A stretch of DNA of 62,947 bases, counting the filler. It is 11 parts of 11 records of this genome, joined end to end, with 100 filler letters (N's around TTAATTAATTAA, not from the genome) between each part and the next. Parts side by side here need not be neighbours in the genome. Positions count along the whole stretch, not along the records: positions 7,870 to 17,144 come from SRR7504441_3475; positions 17,245 to 25,431 come from SRR7504441_3480; 9 more parts are not named here. One strand, given 5' to 3'. This document shows positions 11,301-23,173 of this stretch, one piece after another; within the stretch, counting starts at the first letter, position 1, and each line of letters begins with the position of its first letter. Under the pieces are notes generated by a model. The model was not told where the DNA came from, searched no databases, and worked only from the letters and a program-made list of their open reading frames with translations. Position numbers and translations under genes: made by a program.

Positions 11301-14300
11301 AGGACACCATCAATTCTGCCATTGCTTGAGTCCTCCCTGATGGAACGGGTTTGTAGCTTGGCAACAATGCTCATGCACTGATCGTGACTCACTTGCCATT
11401 GATCCTGTGTGTGGGAGCTCACGTGCAGCAGTCTGCACAGCAGCTCGAATCTCTCTTGGCAAATGTCACGCAGCTCATCGAGCTGGTCAGGTTCCTCCAT
11501 GAGACGTAGCAGCTCTGCTAACATCATCGCTGCATTAACCTGTGCATCCTCCCGGGTGCCACAGCACAGATGGGTAAAGAACTGCAGGGCCACCACTCGG
11601 ATCCCAACACAGTCGCAATCTAAGAGTATATTGAAGAACTGGTAGGGCTGATTAAGCATATCTGTGGGATTGCCAGAAGTGATGAGCATCAGGTCGAGGA
11701 CATTCTGGACAATGGATGTATCCTCTGTAACTTGATCATCAGACTCTTCCGCTCTCGAGCAAGCCTCTGAGGCGAGTCTGGCAAGCTGCGGCAGCAGCTC
11801 CTCACATTTTACGACATCTAGCACCTTCGTAGCAAGACCACCTGATAGCTGCCGGACAAGGAGCTGATAGTCTGGCGCTGCACTATCGTCAGCAGAAAGC
11901 CCAGGAGATGGCGGTGGACTGCATCCTGCTGCTGGCGAGGTCGTATTACTGACTGCCTGGACAGAAGAACCAAGAAAGATGGCTATCATGCGCAACACTA
12001 AAGCAAGGCACATGGAATGCAACGATGCGCCCATTTCACTGCTGCTGTGTGCACTTGCATCAAAGATGTCTGTTTTCATCAGCAAGTTGTACAAGTGCTC
12101 AAAACCCCCATACAGCACAAACTTTTTGCGCCATGAGGCTCTCTCAGTAGCAGCATCTCGCTCACTGTCTTCATCATCTTCAGATGCGGGCTGCAATACG
12201 GACTTGATGATCTGGAGCTGATACAAAAGCTTAAACACGTTGTGTGAATCCAGTAGCAAGTCCCACTCTGGTTCAGGCTTCTTCACTGTTTGCAATGAGA
12301 GCATTGCTTCAAGCATGGCCTTATCTGTTGGTAGCCGCATCAAGAGCTTCCACACGTCGCCTGCAATGGCTTGGTTAGCTGACAACAACTCGAATAATGT
12401 TGCAATGTAGCTGGCTTCTGAGCACAGCACTAAGGATGGCAGTACTCGTCCCTCGTTTGCTTGGTCGTCGGAACGGCCGAGCTTCTTTGCAGCCTTCTCG
12501 TCATTTTTCTTATCATCAGACTTTTTTTCGACCTTGAGTAGTCTAACTTGTAGAGTAGCTCCATCAGTGGCACCAAGAAGCTCGAGTGTCTTCGCGCCAT
12601 CAAATAGAACGCTCCCCGCCCATAGCAACTGGGTTTTGGCTTCTGGATGTGAGTAGGCCTCTGAAGCGGTTCGAATCAGATCAAGCACTGTCATATTGGT
12701 ATGAGCAGGGACTTGCAATTTGCCATCAGTCTCTTTAGATCCAGCATTGGCCAATTGCAGATACAGCATCAACGATTGTCCCCTTGACATTGCACCATGA
12801 GGCCGATAAGGTAGCTGTGATAGCAGGCCTCGCTCCGCTGTTGATATGAGTGAATTCAGTAGTCCAAGAGCTCGTTCTTGCTGCTCAGTAGTTGAGTCTT
12901 TTTGGAGAAGCACAGTCATACAGCGGGAGATGTGATTTGAGTAGAAGTCTCTCAAATCAACAGACTCGGCTAATTTTGAAGGCAGTTGACACAGAAGCTT
13001 ATTAGCACTCGCGAGCACATCAGAGTGCGTGCTCGACAACGCTGCCTTCCAGATGCAATGCAGTCCATGCAGATCTGGATCAACCACTTCATAGTTGAAT
13101 GCATGCTTGCCAGTCATCTCAATTTTCCCTTGTTTTGTATTAGCATACATAAAGTATTGCTGTAAGCAAGCAAATGCGACTGGGTTGAGTGCGTCTGGCT
13201 TCATTTTGGCAATTTTCTCATCAAAGATGTAGAGCGTAACTTCTGTATCAAAGATCGAGGATTGATTGTTGCTATCACATGCATTGCGGCACCATTTGAA
13301 GAAAATTCCTGCCTCGGCCTCACAAACACTGCGCTCCACGAGTGCATCCCATAGCATGTCTATATGTGTCGTGTTCAATTTGAGGATCGAATTTATCAGC
13401 AAAAATGTCAAGAAATCCAAACGAGCTTGCACTGCTGCTACAAAGCTCCTGTGGCCAGAACCTGATAAGATGGCATTTGCAATATCCTCTTGTGCTATCT
13501 GCTGCTTTTCTATTTGTTCAGCTGCAGTTGCTGTGAACGCTGCAACATCGTTGAAGAGTGCATCCAGCAAAGAGTACTTTTCTTCCAGTGCAGTAATCAC
13601 CTGCACCCTGAATTTCAGACCACAGACTAGCTTCATAACACACCTGCCATCTGGCGTCCTTGTCTGCCTTCTCAGGATATGTCAGCACTATTTCTCTCAA
13701 CAGGTCAAGTGACACCGGCACAGAGTTGTGCTGCAGCAGGCTATTAACGCACTTCTCGACAAAACGATCTCGTGACAAGGCCAACAGCGGATGGTTCTGT
13801 TTAGTCAGCAAGGAGGTAAGCTTTTCACGCGATGTCTTTGCCAACTCAGGAGTAACACAGCTGCCATCAGAGGTCAAAGCCATGAGCAGGTCCAGTGCTG
13901 CATGTGACGTTGCTTGAGATGATACATCTGAAGTATGCGCAATTATTGCAGCTAGGTCTACAAGTGGTTCTGTGAAATCTTCTGAATCCACACTCGAGAG
14001 TTTGCTGAACAGATGTGCCAGCACTGAACTGTCCAGGTATTGGCTAATTACCCGAATTGCTGACAAGGCAGCTTGAGAAATTTCATCAGATGGATTGATA
14101 GCACACTCCCACATCATGTCAACATCTGAGACAGAAAGCTGGTGATTGCGCCCAAGGAATCGAAGTAGCATCACAGCACGTTCAACCATTGCACGGTGAG
14201 GCTGGCGGAAGATTGTGGAGAGCACCTGTCGAGCAGATGAATTTGCTTCTCAAGCTAAAGGAAACAATCTACCTCCTTTTCACGGATCCATTGCACAAAC

Positions 14301-16643
14301 TCGTCGCTATCCATGGACTGCGCAACAGGAACAGGACGGCGGGATTCGAGCTCTATGCCTGTACCCAATACATCAGCTGCTGTCAAGGGTATGCTAACAG
14401 CACGCACCCGCATAGGTCTTGGTCTCTGTCTTGAGGCCATTTGGGTATCTACCAGCCCACAGGCTCAAGAAGGTTAAAAACAGCGCTGCACCGTTCCCTA
14501 TCCAGAACAAGGTCCGCCATGGTCTTCATTAAATCCACAGCATAGATGCGCTTCAGGATGTATTTTGACTGAAAGCAAATCACCGCAAAATCTAGCACAA
14601 ACCTGCAGCAAACAGAGCACGCCTGAGGCGCTGCTCACATGGAGTGGGTGTTTACTTTTCAATTACAGACGCAACTTCAGCTTCAGTAACCGCCACCCGC
14701 CGTAGGATCTTGGCAATTGAGTTGATTATCTCGTCGAGATCCTTCTTCTCGATGTTTCTAAGCTCGTCATTTTTCAGGGCAAGCATGGCAGAGACCACAG
14801 CCTCAACGTATTGCGGAACAAACTGCTTAGCCATTTCTGCAAAGGTGATGGCGGTCAGGGTTTAGGGTGATTCTACCAAACTAGGCACCACGAGAAATGA
14901 AGTCAGCAATTTGGGCGAATGCTGCAACCATGAACTTAATGGAGAGCATTGTTGGTCCATCATCGCCCTCTTTACCCTGAGCACACGTTTCGAATTCTGA
15001 ACACTACAGCGCATTTAAAGCACAGTGGTATTATGCCAGTGACCGATGTGTGACTGATCATCACACAGCCTGGCACATGGAGCCATGCCATGCTTGGGAC
15101 AGTCAACACAAATCTAGGCACACAGACCAGGTCGACCTAGCCTACAATGCACTGTCCGCACAACAAGGTGCCCCAGCTCAGCAGATCGACCATCCTTGGT
15201 GCCAGATTAATCACTGTGACAAGACAAGGCAATTACCTGAAGCCAGTTCATTGCAATGTCGAATCCATGAATCCGTCCAAAGTAGTTGATGTTGTTCACT
15301 AGATGCTGGGACGAGCCGAAGGGGCACGTTCGAAGCCTGAAAGAACCAGACCACAGGCTTACTCAGGGAGCCGTCCATTAGGCGCACTCGGCATAATTGT
15401 GCTGAGAATCTAGTCGATCTTCCACCGGAGCTTCACGCAATGGGGGAGCTACCAAGCCTGTTGTGCCTGCATCGCAGCAGTGAGCACGCTGCAAGGGCAG
15501 CCCGAAGCTGCTCGCCTGTGTGTGTCATAAACTTGGCGAGTTTCCAGTTCCCAATCGGCATCCGCAGTATCTGATCGTTGTACCCCTCGAGGTGCACCTT
15601 GACCTTGCCTACATCGTGCTCCACTTCGAGAATCAGGCCCTGGCCGGGCTCAACCTCGCAGGCACCGGCATGCAGACCTTGCACCACTTATGCATTTTAT
15701 TGGACACATCGATCCAGTCTCCAGCCTGCAGTCGTACTAGTCAGCAATACACAGGCCCGCACCCAGTGTGCTGCTGACCACCACCCTACAACAGGCCAGC
15801 AAATAGCCCCTACACGGCGGCAGTGCCTGCAGTCGCTCTCTCCATTCCTCTTCTGCGACCAGCCCGCCACATTTTGAGTTGAGCGGTGCCAGATCCGAGC
15901 TGCTCTTGTCAAACCACTCGTTGTGCTCGTCACCGAGGTTCTCGTAAGTCAGCATCACCCTGCAGCAGCAGCAGCAGTCAGCCAGCAGCCGTGCAGCGCC
16001 AGCCAGCCGCCCCGCACCGGTCGTCGGTCTCCTCCATCACCAGCGCGTGCATCCACTTGCCAGAGCCCACGTGCCGCGCGTCGATCCACTCCTGGGTTTT
16101 CAGCTTATCGTCCCGCCACTCTGGCGCCACGGAGTCGGTGGGCGAGTCAGCAGCGTCGTCGCCCTCCTTCCACTGGCCGTAGTGCAGGTAGAACGCCGAC
16201 TCGGTGTCGAAAACCTTCATCAGCTCCTCTGCTGAGTTTTCGACTGCCAGCTTATCGCCCTCCTCCGCCTGCTGCACGATCCAGTGCACCACGCGCTGGA
16301 CGAAGCTGTTCACCTTGTTGGCCACCTCCTCGTCCGCGAGGTTCTGCCGGTTGAGCAGCGCACGGAGCGCCTTGGGCAGCGAGCGCGTGTTGAAGTTGGC
16401 CAGCATGTCCTGATTCATTTCGTACTCGCCCTCGATGATCTGAACGAGCAGCTCGAGGTGAGGCGTGGGGTCGGCCAGCCCCTCGTTCTCGCTGATCTGT
16501 ATGAGCGTCGCATCCACGTCGGCCTTGTACGCCTTTATCCGGAGAGTCTCCTCGTCCTCCTCGTCCAGCTCGTCCTCCTCGGGAACGTCCAGGGTCGGCA
16601 TCTCCTCGTCCTCAGAGAACAACTCGAACTCGGGGTCCGACAT
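8371..16643 (-). CDS. Large ubiquitin-specific protease of the USP9/USP24/USP34 type
   Basis: Cys box GLKNLGNICYLNSMMQQL, QQDMSEF, His box HSGTAEMGHYYSYI, WWDYDDSSV, an internal Ubl domain and N-terminal LVNNINYFGRIHGF. Likely ATG at 16643 (MSDPEFELF). Many short 5' introns and one exon of about 4.9 kb. Confidence 0.9.
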
Positions 16644-16680
16644 CCTCGGCCCGTCGGCAGTGCGCGGAGTGTCGACCGGG

Positions 16681-16758
16681 GCAGAGAACCCTGGGCTGCT
16701 CGGGCAGAGAGGCACCGCTCGCGCAGAGAACCCTGGGCTGCTCGGGGCAGAGAGGCAC
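16681..16758. repeat. Two-copy ~35-nt direct repeat (42-nt period) just upstream of the USP start
   Basis: gcagagaaccctgggctgctcggg(g)cagagaggcac at 16681-16715 and 16723-16758. Confidence 0.9.
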
Positions 16759-17273
16759 AGGATCCGCAGCCGTTGCCGTTGCTGTTGTTCTCGCTCATCA
16801 GCTGGCGGCACTACAGTCCAGTACCGTGCTGAGATATTATGAAGGGCCCACCCCCCGGCGTAGGATGTGGCGAAAAGGCTTCCTCGTAGTATGTGTTGCG
16901 TAGGTCCGCGAATTGAAGGCCTTGCCTAGGCTTGCCTCTTTTGACCAGATCTGGAGCCTGCCCACCGAATCGACCTGGATCATCAGAAACCCACCACTTC
17001 CAACGGCACCTCGAGATTCGTCAGTTGCTTGTCCATCCGGCTCTGCAGCAGCATGGGCGGAAGCGAGAGCAAGAATCGCGGGCCCGCGGTTCAAGTGAAC
17101 AGCACCCAGGCGGCGGCGCAGCACCTTTCCGGCGATCTGGATCGNNNNNNNNNNNNNNNNNNNNNNNNNNNNNNNNNNNNNNNNNNNNTTAATTAATTAA
17201 NNNNNNNNNNNNNNNNNNNNNNNNNNNNNNNNNNNNNNNNNNNNTTTTGCATTCATGATTGCCGCTCAGCCGC

Positions 17274-18227
17274 TCAGCGGGCTCGGTTCAGGTGGTCGGT
17301 CAGCGCGAGCCTTGAGTATCCTTCAAACAAGGCCTCGTCGTAGTGGAACCGGCACAGCGGGCACCTATGGTGCAGCAGGCTGCGGTCCGACATGGTGTAG
17401 CTGCAACCGACGCAGATTGCGTGCGTGCACTCCGCTGTCGATGGCCACACCGGGCACCGCTCTTTCTGATCAAACTCCTCCAGGCAAATCGGGCAGCTAT
17501 CGGCTCCGTCCGGCGGCCCAGCCCCGGCCAGCTGGGCCTGCGCCTTGTAAAGCTGCCCCGCACTCGGCAGCCGCCGCCGCCGCGGGAGCGCACCTTGATG
17601 ATCAAGCGCATGAACTTTTCACCCGCGTGGACCTCACGACACGCCAGCAGCGCCCGGCCCACCGCAACCGCCACGCATCCAACCCGCCCAGCCAGCGGGA
17701 GTTGGGCCAGCCTGCCACTCGGTAACCCACCAGGCCGGCGGCCCGCGCCACCCGAGCGCGCTGAGCCAGCCAGCGGCCGATAGCCAAAGGCGCGACCGGT
17801 CAGGTCCGATCATCGCCTGCCCTAGCACTCACCGCCCCCCTGCTCTAGCACTCACCGCCACCCCAGTCGGCGCCGCGCTAAACGGGCGAGTCAGCGCCGG
17901 CCCCTCATCCGAGAGCGCCAGCCGCAGCTCCGCCGAAGAGTTGCGGGTGATCGCGCTCATCAGCCCTAGAGTCTCTAGCCCCAGCCAGTCACCGGTGTGC
18001 CACAGGGCCAGCGTGACGTGCTGCGCGTTGAAGGCCCGGACGCGGGCGCTCCGAACCAGCGCGGCCTGGCCTAAGTAACGGACCGGGCGGCGCTGCTCGC
18101 CCCATTGGAGGGCCAGGTCGAGCCAGAGGTGCAGCTCGGCGGCACGGCGGGTGAATCGGGCCCGCTCCCACCGCCAGAGCGCCAGAGGGAGCAGCGGAAG
18201 CAGCAGCCACCAGCCCGCCCCGGCCAT
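17274..18227 (-). CDS. N-terminally anchored protein with C-terminal RING-HC finger
   Basis: Hydrophobic start MAGAGWWLLLPLLPLALW. After intron 17553-17593 the last exon reads CPICLEEF...CTHAICVGC...CPLCRF; this exon is absent from the ORF track in that frame. Confidence 0.7.
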
Positions 18228-18710
18228 GCTCCCCGTGCGCTCCGCGCAACGCTTCAGCCGCGGGTTCCAGCCACTTGCTCGGCATGCCGCGAATCAGTGG
18301 CCGATTGTCAGATCAACAACGGACTCTGATCCAGTGCGCCCCAAGCCGACAAGCCGAGCCTTGCGATGTTTGGCCCGTATGGGTGCACGGCTGCCGGGAC
18401 CTGCGCCGGCGGTGATGACCACCACGGCTGAGTTACCGCTGAGAGACACGTCGAGGTGGAACAGGTACTACAAGTTGGTATTAACAAGCAGTTAGCTGGC
18501 CACAGATCTGCTTGCCACGCCCAGCGCCACGTTATCGCCATGCATGCGCACTGTTGATAATCCAATACCTGATTGATATCCTACTAACCATAGAGCCCAA
18601 CTGTGACAGTATTCTAGTTACATCTAATCTTCTAATCACTCTATATACTTATTAGTGTGTCGATGGAGAGGACACAATGCCGCCGTCGGGTACGTCGGGG
18701 CATGAGTGTG

Positions 18711-19310
18711 TCACTCTGTAGCCTCCAACCCATCAGGCCCCGGGTGCGGCGCCGCGCTCACGGCAGCCCCGAACAGCTTTGCCCTAGCCACCGTCGCCTC
18801 TGGGTCCTCCCAGCGCACCCCGTTCACATCCAGCGCCGCGCACTCGGCAAGTCCGAACAACTCGCCCAGCTTGGTCTGCTTGCCCACCTCGGCCTGCACC
18901 GCCGGCCGCCCAAGCGGCAGCTCCACGCGCAGCTGCCACTTGGGCGGTATCCGGGCCAGGGCGGGCAGCTCGTCCATCGAGAGAATCACCTCCAGACCGG
19001 GCGGGATCTGCTGGCCTTCTAGCACCTCCCTCCAGTCGTAGCTCGCCATGAACTCGCCCGGCCGCCCGCAGAGTGCGCTCGGCCGCTTCCGCTGGTTATC
19101 CTGCTGCAGGTTGGCCGGGCGGACGGACACAGTCCGCTCCTCGGACGGCCCGGCGGCGGGCAGCAGGACCAGGTATCTTCCGGATTGAGGGTCCGGACCG
19201 GATTGCACCGCCCCGCGCCGGCCGTTCAGCTCGGCGGTGCTCAGCCCGTGCAGCGACACCCGCGCACCCGCCGGCCATCGCTCGGTGCTGGGGCCAGTGA
19301 CAGCCGGCAT
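18711..19310 (-). CDS. Hypothetical protein: SH3/KOW-like module, SIL1-N-like motif and possible ubiquitin-like fold
   Basis: GARVSLHGLSTAELNGRRGAV...GRYLV; FMASYDWREVLEGQQIPPGLEV; intronless 199-aa ORF. Confidence 0.55.
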   Translation of the reverse strand: MPAVTGPSTERWPAGARVSLHGLSTAELNGRRGAVQSGPDPQSGRYLVLLPAAGPSEERTVSVRPANLQQDNQRKRPSALCGRPGEFMASYDWREVLEGQQIPPGLEVILSMDELPALARIPPKWQLRVELPLGRPAVQAEVGKQTKLGELFGLAECAALDVNGVRWEDPEATVARAKLFGAAVSAAPHPGPDGLEATE

Positions 19311-19346
19311 CAGCTCTCTAACGGCAAGTTATAAAAACAGAAAACA

Positions 19347-20208
19347 ATGAAGTCGCGACTGTCGATTCCGAAGGCGCTGGCGCGGGCGGCTCTGGCTGAC
19401 GCGCGGGCAGACGGTGCCCATGCAGCAGGAGTACCGCTCGGACAAGGAGGTGGCGGCCGGGAAGCCGGTGTCCACCCGCTTGGCGCGGGGCGAGCCCAGG
19501 CGGCAGGGAGGGCAGGACGCCTTCGCGGGGACCGGCACGGCCACGTGCGTCGTGCTGGTCGGCCGGGCCTGACTGGTGGCAGGATCCACGGGAGGGAGGC
19601 CCCGGAGGCCCGTCGACAGAGGGACATGCGGCGCCGGGGGCCCGATACTAGCGCCAAGCCGCTTGTCGACAGGAGCAGGCGTGTGGCGGGTGGCCAATCG
19701 GACTGAGTTGGAGGCAGCGTCGAGCAGCACGGCGGCGGGGACGATGAGCAGCTGGCGGCTGACGAGATCACCCTGCCTAACAAGGGTCAGAGCTCGCTAC
19801 TGCACCAGACAGCCAAGGCGCCCAGAAGCAGCGGTGCCGGGGCGGAGGCCGGCTCAGGTGGTTGGGTTCCTGCATAACGACTTAGGCCGGCTCTGCCGGA
19901 TGAGCCCGTCGCAGCACACCACTGCCGAGAGCAACTGCGTGGCGCTCTTCCTCAAGCTTTGTCGGGCAGTCAGCCAACTGCGTGCTGAGCAGGGCGACAT
20001 CCATGCCGCTTTCGAGGCAGAGCAGTTTGGCGAAGAGATTGTTGCAGAGCCGTCCCAGGCAGGATCAGAGCCGACCGATTCGGTCTGGCAGGACCGGCCG
20101 TGCGCACCCGGGCCAGGGCTGGTGCGACTGGGCTGCAGGTACCATCATGAGCCCTGGAAGCCGCCGCAGCAGTTCTATGGCGTCTCTATGTTTGCATTTG
20201 TCATCTGA
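19347..20208 (+). CDS. Hypothetical protein, 5 exons (3 GC-AG introns)
   Basis: One open frame results from removing 19374-19410 (GC-AG), a GT-AG intron near 19545-19582, 19679-19717 (GC-AG, contains the in-frame stop) and 19818-19857 (GC-AG). Confidence 0.55.
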
Positions 20209-21428
20209 CCATATACAGGCACTCGCACACCAGTGATGCCTTGGAAGGCTACAGGCTCCGACGCCTTCTTCTTAACCGACTTGGTGCACATGGCTACAGC
20301 ATTGTTGTCCTCGTTTGAATACATGTGGGCCAGGACAGTAGTTCCAGATTCGTCCACTTGTTGAGCCCAGCCATCAAAGTTGTTGCCAGAGTAGAACCAT
20401 ACGGACTGGCCTCGTTGTGCTGGCTGGTCTGTGTGCTCCTCAAATGCAGTCGTATTCGAGAAAAACCACTCGTCAGGACCGTCCCAAAACGGGATGCACA
20501 GTCCATCGTAGGCGCTGTACGAATCGCACACAGTGTCTGCACCAGCACTTGCACAAGCTGCCCTAATATTGGCTGATGTCAATTCGCCCTTGACAGTCGC
20601 CCGTTCGAAATACTGGCCCTTGCCACCCACCTTAATGTAAAAGTGGCTGTCTGCAAGGACAAGCTGCTTGGAGATAACTTCTGCACGCTTGTTATTCAAC
20701 TCTTTGCTCCTTTCCTTTGAACCGTTCTCACGGGTATCCTTTTCTGTAATTTCGGTACTCTTAGCTTTTGCCATTTGCATTTGCTTCGCTTTCCAAGCAG
20801 ACTCTGCTGCCTGCTCTCTCTTCTCTGCGTCCTTCCTGCTCTGCGCATCAGTAGCTTGGGCCTTTTTCCGCTTTGATGCAATCAGAAAAGCTGCGTGATC
20901 ATGCTTCTGCTGCGCCACATGGTCTGTAGCCACTCGAAGCTGTCTCTGTGCCATTGCCACGGTCGTCTCTGTGGGGTTCAGCAGCGCAGCATAGACGGTT
21001 TTGCTCAGGCGCATCATCAGGGGGTCTTTCAGTTGGAATGTCTGCAGACCGATAGCCCCCCCAGTCTCTCCGGGGTTTGGCTGGTCCACCTGTTCTTCTG
21101 CAGCCAAAGCCTGACCGAGTTTCTGCTCCTTCTCGATGCTCGCCTCCTCTGCTGACTCCGCTTCCACCAAAGTTGATGCATCGCTGCAGCATAGTTTCGG
21201 ACCTGCACCCGGCCGGTCACACGACCAGCCACCGGCAGGCACGCCACCTGCCGCCGGCCCACGCGAGACCCCATCCGCCGGAGCAATCTTGGAGATCTCA
21301 GACAGAGGCCTCCAATATCGCGGGGGGGGGTCCCAAAAACAAAACGCTGTGTGAAAAAACTGGAGACCGCGCTTGCGGGGGGCGTCGATTCGAGTCGTGT
21401 CGAGTGTGCCAGTCGGGTGCGTGGACAA
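20175..21428 (-). CDS. Hypothetical protein with coiled coil and Cys/Trp-containing C-terminal domain
   Basis: 417-aa ORF with a charged helical middle. The 5' end and start are uncertain. Confidence 0.5.
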   Translation of the reverse strand: MSTHPTGTLDTTRIDAPRKRGLQFFHTAFCFWDPPPRYWRPLSEISKIAPADGVSRGPAAGGVPAGGWSCDRPGAGPKLCCSDASTLVEAESAEEASIEKEQKLGQALAAEEQVDQPNPGETGGAIGLQTFQLKDPLMMRLSKTVYAALLNPTETTVAMAQRQLRVATDHVAQQKHDHAAFLIASKRKKAQATDAQSRKDAEKREQAAESAWKAKQMQMAKAKSTEITEKDTRENGSKERSKELNNKRAEVISKQLVLADSHFYIKVGGKGQYFERATVKGELTSANIRAACASAGADTVCDSYSAYDGLCIPFWDGPDEWFFSNTTAFEEHTDQPAQRGQSVWFYSGNNFDGWAQQVDESGTTVLAHMYSNEDNNAVAMCTKSVKKKASEPVAFQGITGVRVPVYGQMTNANIETP

Positions 21429-21583
21429 TTAGCCATAGCATGATTGTCGTCTTCACGCCGCAAGCCGCGACCATCCTTGCATGCCCATGATGATGAGATT
21501 GTATAAGCTTTACGCAATAAGAGCATCTGCTACTGCGACCCTGTAGTCGCACGAGTCTCAATGTAGATAATTCCGTTAGAGCA

Positions 21584-23014
21584 ATGCGGCTGCTCTCCCT
21601 GCTGTTGTTGCTGTGGGCGGGGGTACCGGCGCGGTGTGACGATGGCTACCTGTTTGACGTGACCCGGTTCGGGGCGGTGGGCGATGGAGTCACCAAGGAC
21701 ACGGCGGCCATCCGAGCGGCGGCCGCAGCGCTCGCGGCGGCTGGCCGCGGCGGGACGCTACTCTTCCCCGGGAACAAGCGCTACCGCACCGGGGCGTTCA
21801 ACCTGAGCTCGCACAGCGTGCTGAAGCTGGAGGCCGGGGCGGTGATTCAGGGGAGCGGGGAGTCGGGGGATTACCCGCTTGTAAGCCTGGAGGAGGTGTG
21901 GCCGTGGTTCGGACCGACGCGGACTCTGCCGGGCTGCAGTACGCCGACCCGGTTCATGCACAGCCCGCTGGTGTTTGCGTGGAAGGCTCGGAACATCAGC
22001 GTCGTGGCCGGCGAGGGCGGGACGATCGATGGCCAGGGCTGGCCTTGGTGGGCGTGTGGCAGCGACTACTCGCGCCCTCCGTGCAACTGCCACGCTCGGC
22101 CTCAGAATATCTTCTTCTCCAATGTGTCAGTGGTCAACATCTTCGGACTGACCGCCATGAACCCGCCCGAGTGGAACGTCCACCTGGGCTGGTGTGAGGA
22201 CGTTCATGTCAAGCACTTTAATGCAACGGCGCCGCCGCCCGACGTGGTCGCTTCGAACTCGGATGGTATCGACATCGACGCCACTCAAAGGGTGCTGATA
22301 GAAGATTCATATTTCTCGGTGAACGACGACACAGTTTGCCTCAAGTCTGGGCTCGACTGGTGGGGTCGTGCCTATGGGCGAGTCACTAGGGACGTGTTGG
22401 TCCGAAACCTCACCATAGCCAACGGCGAAGGCCCTGCGATCGGATCCGAGCAAGCCGCTGGTGTCGTGAATGCCACTTTTGAGGACATCAGGCTGGGCGA
22501 GGTGCAAGACGGGCCGACAATCAAGTCTTGTCGAGGCCGGGGAGGGCTGGTGGAGAACATCACCTTCAGACGAATCACCGGTGATCGAGCAGGCTTGATG
22601 CCACCTCCTGTGGGGGCCGGCCAGGCTTGGCCGCAGCTGTGGCTCCGAATGGTCTGGCCATGTGCTATGCCTAATGTCACCAGGAATGCCTCTGCTACGC
22701 CGACATTCCGGAATATAATTTATGAAGATCTGGAGCTCCGGAACGGAGGGCTACAAATGAGCATCCAAGGACTGCCAGAAAGCCCGATCACGGGCGTCCG
22801 ATTCAAGAATGTGTCATTTGTGGGCACAGTGGGCTCACCGGGGGTCTGCGGCCACACAGCCCACGGGAAACCGTGCCCGATTCCCGGGACTTGTCATATT
22901 GTGCCTTGTGGGACGAAAGGCCAGGTGTGGGGTCATTGCGAGTATGTGGAAGGGACCTGCGACCGCGACACACCGGTCGGATCTTGCCCGCCGTGCTTTG
23001 CTCATGACTATTAA
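21584..23014 (+). CDS. Secreted GH28 polygalacturonase-like glycoside hydrolase, intronless
   Basis: Signal peptide; FDVTRFGAVGDGVTKDTAAI; NSDGIDID; DDTVCLKSG; AIGSE; IKS. Confidence 0.9.
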   Translation: MRLLSLLLLLWAGVPARCDDGYLFDVTRFGAVGDGVTKDTAAIRAAAAALAAAGRGGTLLFPGNKRYRTGAFNLSSHSVLKLEAGAVIQGSGESGDYPLVSLEEVWPWFGPTRTLPGCSTPTRFMHSPLVFAWKARNISVVAGEGGTIDGQGWPWWACGSDYSRPPCNCHARPQNIFFSNVSVVNIFGLTAMNPPEWNVHLGWCEDVHVKHFNATAPPPDVVASNSDGIDIDATQRVLIEDSYFSVNDDTVCLKSGLDWWGRAYGRVTRDVLVRNLTIANGEGPAIGSEQAAGVVNATFEDIRLGEVQDGPTIKSCRGRGGLVENITFRRITGDRAGLMPPPVGAGQAWPQLWLRMVWPCAMPNVTRNASATPTFRNIIYEDLELRNGGLQMSIQGLPESPITGVRFKNVSFVGTVGSPGVCGHTAHGKPCPIPGTCHIVPCGTKGQVWGHCEYVEGTCDRDTPVGSCPPCFAHDY

Positions 23015-23173
23015 TTATGGTTTGATTGCACCTATACCTAGACTGAGTGTAGCGGTGACTAAGCGGTGACTGTACTCGTACATGTATAATGTTCATCACA
23101 GATATCGATTGCAATTGTACCAACAAGTCAAATAAATGTACGTAAACCGATTTTAAACCCAAGAACCGGCATC

